Of a stretch of 20,000 bases of DNA, positions 18,229 through 20,000 are shown piece after piece. The notes beneath the pieces were generated by a model that was given only the letters and a program-made list of their open reading frames with translations, had not been told where the DNA came from and did no database searches. The translations under genes were made by a program, and so were the position numbers. Positions within the stretch are counted from its first letter, which is position 1. Each line of letters opens with the position of its first letter. The DNA is taken from the IMG/VR virus record IMGVR_UViG_3300034104_005052, positions 52,069 through 72,068 of that record, one strand, 5' to 3'. Origin of the DNA: an uncultured virus (IMG/VR IMGVR_UViG_3300034104_005052). Its lineage: Duplodnaviria; Heunggongvirae; Uroviricota; Caudoviricetes.

Positions 18229-19907
18229 TGCGTAAAACTGATGAAACATATCTTGGCAATCCGTTACTTAAAGCCGGAAATATCAAGATTGAATTTACCA
18301 AAGATCAACTAGAGGAGTATATCAAATGCTCCCAAGATCCTGTTTACTTCATGGAAAATCACATGAAGATTGTTACCTTGGATCAAGGTTTAGTGACCAT
18401 TACCTTATATGAATTTCAAAAAGAGATAGTAAGATCGGTTCACAACAATAGATTCACTATTTGCAAGATTCCTCGCCAATCAGGTAAAACAACCTGTCTA
18501 ATTGGTGAGATTGTTCATCAAGTTTTGTTCAATCCATCATACAAAGTAGCCATACTTGCAAACAAATTGAAAACCGCTACAGAAATCATGGACAGAGTTA
18601 AACTTGTTTATGAAAATCTTCCAAAGTGGATGCAGCAAGGGGTAATTGAGTGGAACAAAACCAGTATTACACTTGAAAATGGGTCTAAAGTGGTCTGTTC
18701 ATCTACATCATCAAGTGCTGTTCGTGGTTCTTCATATAACTTTTTACTTTTAGATGAATTTGCATTCGTTCCTGAGGAGATAGCAGAGGATTTCTTTGCA
18801 TCTGTTTATCCGACTATTACGGCAGGACAGACAACGAAAACCGTAATAGTTAGTACTCCTAATGGATTGAACATGTTTTATAAGTTGTGGCAAAACGCTA
18901 AAGACGGAAAATCAAACTTTAAACCTGTAGAGGCGTTTTGGTGGCAAATTCCTGGTCGAGATGAAAAATTTAAAGCAGAGACAATCAGAAATACATCTGA
19001 AAGAAATTGGGCAAGTGAATATGAATGTGAGTTCCTCGGTTCACAAAATACTCTTATCAAAACATCTAAATTGGCATCGTTAACATTCTGTGAGCCTATT
19101 TTTAGTTCAAGTGATGGCCTTTGCGTATACGAATCTCCTAAAGAAAACCACATTTACTCAATTACGGTGGACACAAGTAGATCTGTAGGGCAGGATTATA
19201 ATGCATTTGTGGTAATTGATGTGACTAATTTTCCATATAAAGTGGTTGCAAAGTATAAAAACAATCATATACCCTCTGAAATCTACCCAAATGTTATCCT
19301 ATCTGTAGGAAATAAATACAACGAAGCGATGGTTCTTGTTGAAATTAATGACATCGGACAGCGGGTTGCTGACTTACTTAAGGAAGAATTAGAATATGAC
19401 AACCTTCTTGAAGTAGTGATTCAAAATAAAAAATCACAAAGACTTGCAACTGCTTACGGTGGAATGAAGGCTTATCCCGGATTAAGAACAAGTACACAGA
19501 CAAAAAAATTGGGATGTAATGCTTTAAAAGAGTTGATAGAAGGCGATAAGTTAATACTAAACGATTTTGATATAATATCAGAACTGAGTACATTTATTGC
19601 TAAAGGCCAATCATTCGAAGCAAGTTCGGGATATCACGACGATTTGGTGTCCTGTCTTGTGATGTTCGGTTGGATGACAACGCAACCATATTTTCAAGAT
19701 ATTAGCAATTTAGATGTCAGAAAGAAAATTTACGAGGAAAAGATTAAAAAACTTGAAGAAGAACTAATACCCTTTGGGTTTATAGATTCTGGTCTTCAGG
19801 ATGATTATGAAAAGTCATCTTCCGAACTAGGAAGAGAGACATCGATTAGTTCAGATAATGAGGCAAAATCTAGTAATTGGGCAGCAGACAAAGACGAGAT
19901 TTTTTGA
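18228..19907 (+). CDS. gp17: Terminase large subunit gp17
   Basis: YLGNPLLK, Walker A PRQSGKTT, ILANK, Walker B LLLDEFAFV, VSTPNG, EYECEFLGS, and nuclease acidic motifs VDTSR, VEINDIG and HDDLV. Confidence 0.97.
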   Translation: MRKTDETYLGNPLLKAGNIKIEFTKDQLEEYIKCSQDPVYFMENHMKIVTLDQGLVTITLYEFQKEIVRSVHNNRFTICKIPRQSGKTTCLIGEIVHQVLFNPSYKVAILANKLKTATEIMDRVKLVYENLPKWMQQGVIEWNKTSITLENGSKVVCSSTSSSAVRGSSYNFLLLDEFAFVPEEIAEDFFASVYPTITAGQTTKTVIVSTPNGLNMFYKLWQNAKDGKSNFKPVEAFWWQIPGRDEKFKAETIRNTSERNWASEYECEFLGSQNTLIKTSKLASLTFCEPIFSSSDGLCVYESPKENHIYSITVDTSRSVGQDYNAFVVIDVTNFPYKVVAKYKNNHIPSEIYPNVILSVGNKYNEAMVLVEINDIGQRVADLLKEELEYDNLLEVVIQNKKSQRLATAYGGMKAYPGLRTSTQTKKLGCNALKELIEGDKLILNDFDIISELSTFIAKGQSFEASSGYHDDLVSCLVMFGWMTTQPYFQDISNLDVRKKIYEEKIKKLEEELIPFGFIDSGLQDDYEKSSSELGRETSISSDNEAKSSNWAADKDEIF

Positions 19908-19911
19908 AACA

Positions 19912-19918
19912 CTAAATA
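19912..19918 (+). promoter_or_regulatory. T4-type late promoter, CTAAATA variant, upstream of gp18
   Basis: Intergenic between gp17 and gp18, where T4-like phages typically have a late promoter; SD AGGAG at 19946-19950. Confidence 0.75.
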
Positions 19919-19959
19919 CCAACGACTAACTAAAGTCAAGTAAACAGGAGACTATTCAG

Positions 19960-20000
19960 ATGGCATTTCAACTTTCTCCAGGCGTGAGTGTAACGGAGCG
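19960..20000 (+). CDS. gp18: Tail sheath protein gp18, N-terminal fragment (runs off the window)
   Basis: ATG GCA TTT CAA CTT TCT CCA GGC GTG AGT GTA ACG GAG = MAFQLSPGVSVTE, the canonical SPGV..E sheath N-terminus; AGGAG SD; follows gp17. Confidence 0.9.
   Translation, partial: MAFQLSPGVSVTE

Noticed and set aside
3428..19318. Other TAAATA hexamers deep inside genes (e.g. ~3429, ~12345, ~12583, ~14325, ~17030, ~19313)
   Set aside because: Expected by chance in AT-rich DNA and not positioned near start codons.
859..19593. The many 60-103 aa minus-strand ORFs and short alternative-frame plus-strand ORFs in the track
   Set aside because: All lie within long, motif-supported + strand genes and show no recognisable motifs; they are shadow ORFs. 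The Gly/Pro-rich 11084-11359 ORF is simply the antisense of the collagen tract.
18228..19907. Intein, intron or homing endonuclease in the terminase
   Set aside because: The ORF is continuous, of ordinary length (559 aa), with ATPase and nuclease motifs normally spaced.
1..20000. CRISPR array, tRNA/rRNA, IS element or diversity-generating retroelement repeats
   Set aside because: I saw no spaced direct repeats, RNA gene signatures, transposase or reverse transcriptase, and no near-identical template/variable repeat pair; the window is almost entirely coding.

Overview
This window is part of the late (virion morphogenesis) region of a large, AT-rich T4-like myovirus whose gene order resembles aquatic cyanophage/pelagiphage-type T4-like phages. 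All real genes are on the + strand and tightly packed. In order: a 5'-truncated DUF4815-type virion protein, a small coiled-coil protein, a 1366-aa fibre with a split tail-collar domain, a small Ig-like structural protein, a GT2+TPR glycosyltransferase, a 1115-aa fibre/spike (split collar, collagen, beta-helix), a probable fibre-associated protein, then gp13, gp14, gp15, gp16, gp17 and the start of gp18. The three sizeable intergenic gaps each carry a CTAAATA late-promoter box. Three features stand out. (1) A late-expressed protein-glycosyltransferase-like gene lies between fibre genes rich in G-x-T/S-G motifs and a collagen tract, which suggests a phage-encoded virion glycosylation system. 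(2) gp15 carries a ~530-aa Cys/Trp/Pro-rich C-terminal extension. (3) An identically spaced AGTCAAGT-N8-GACTA leader precedes both the collagen fibre gene and gp18. All family assignments come from motifs recognised by eye and from synteny; no database search was run.
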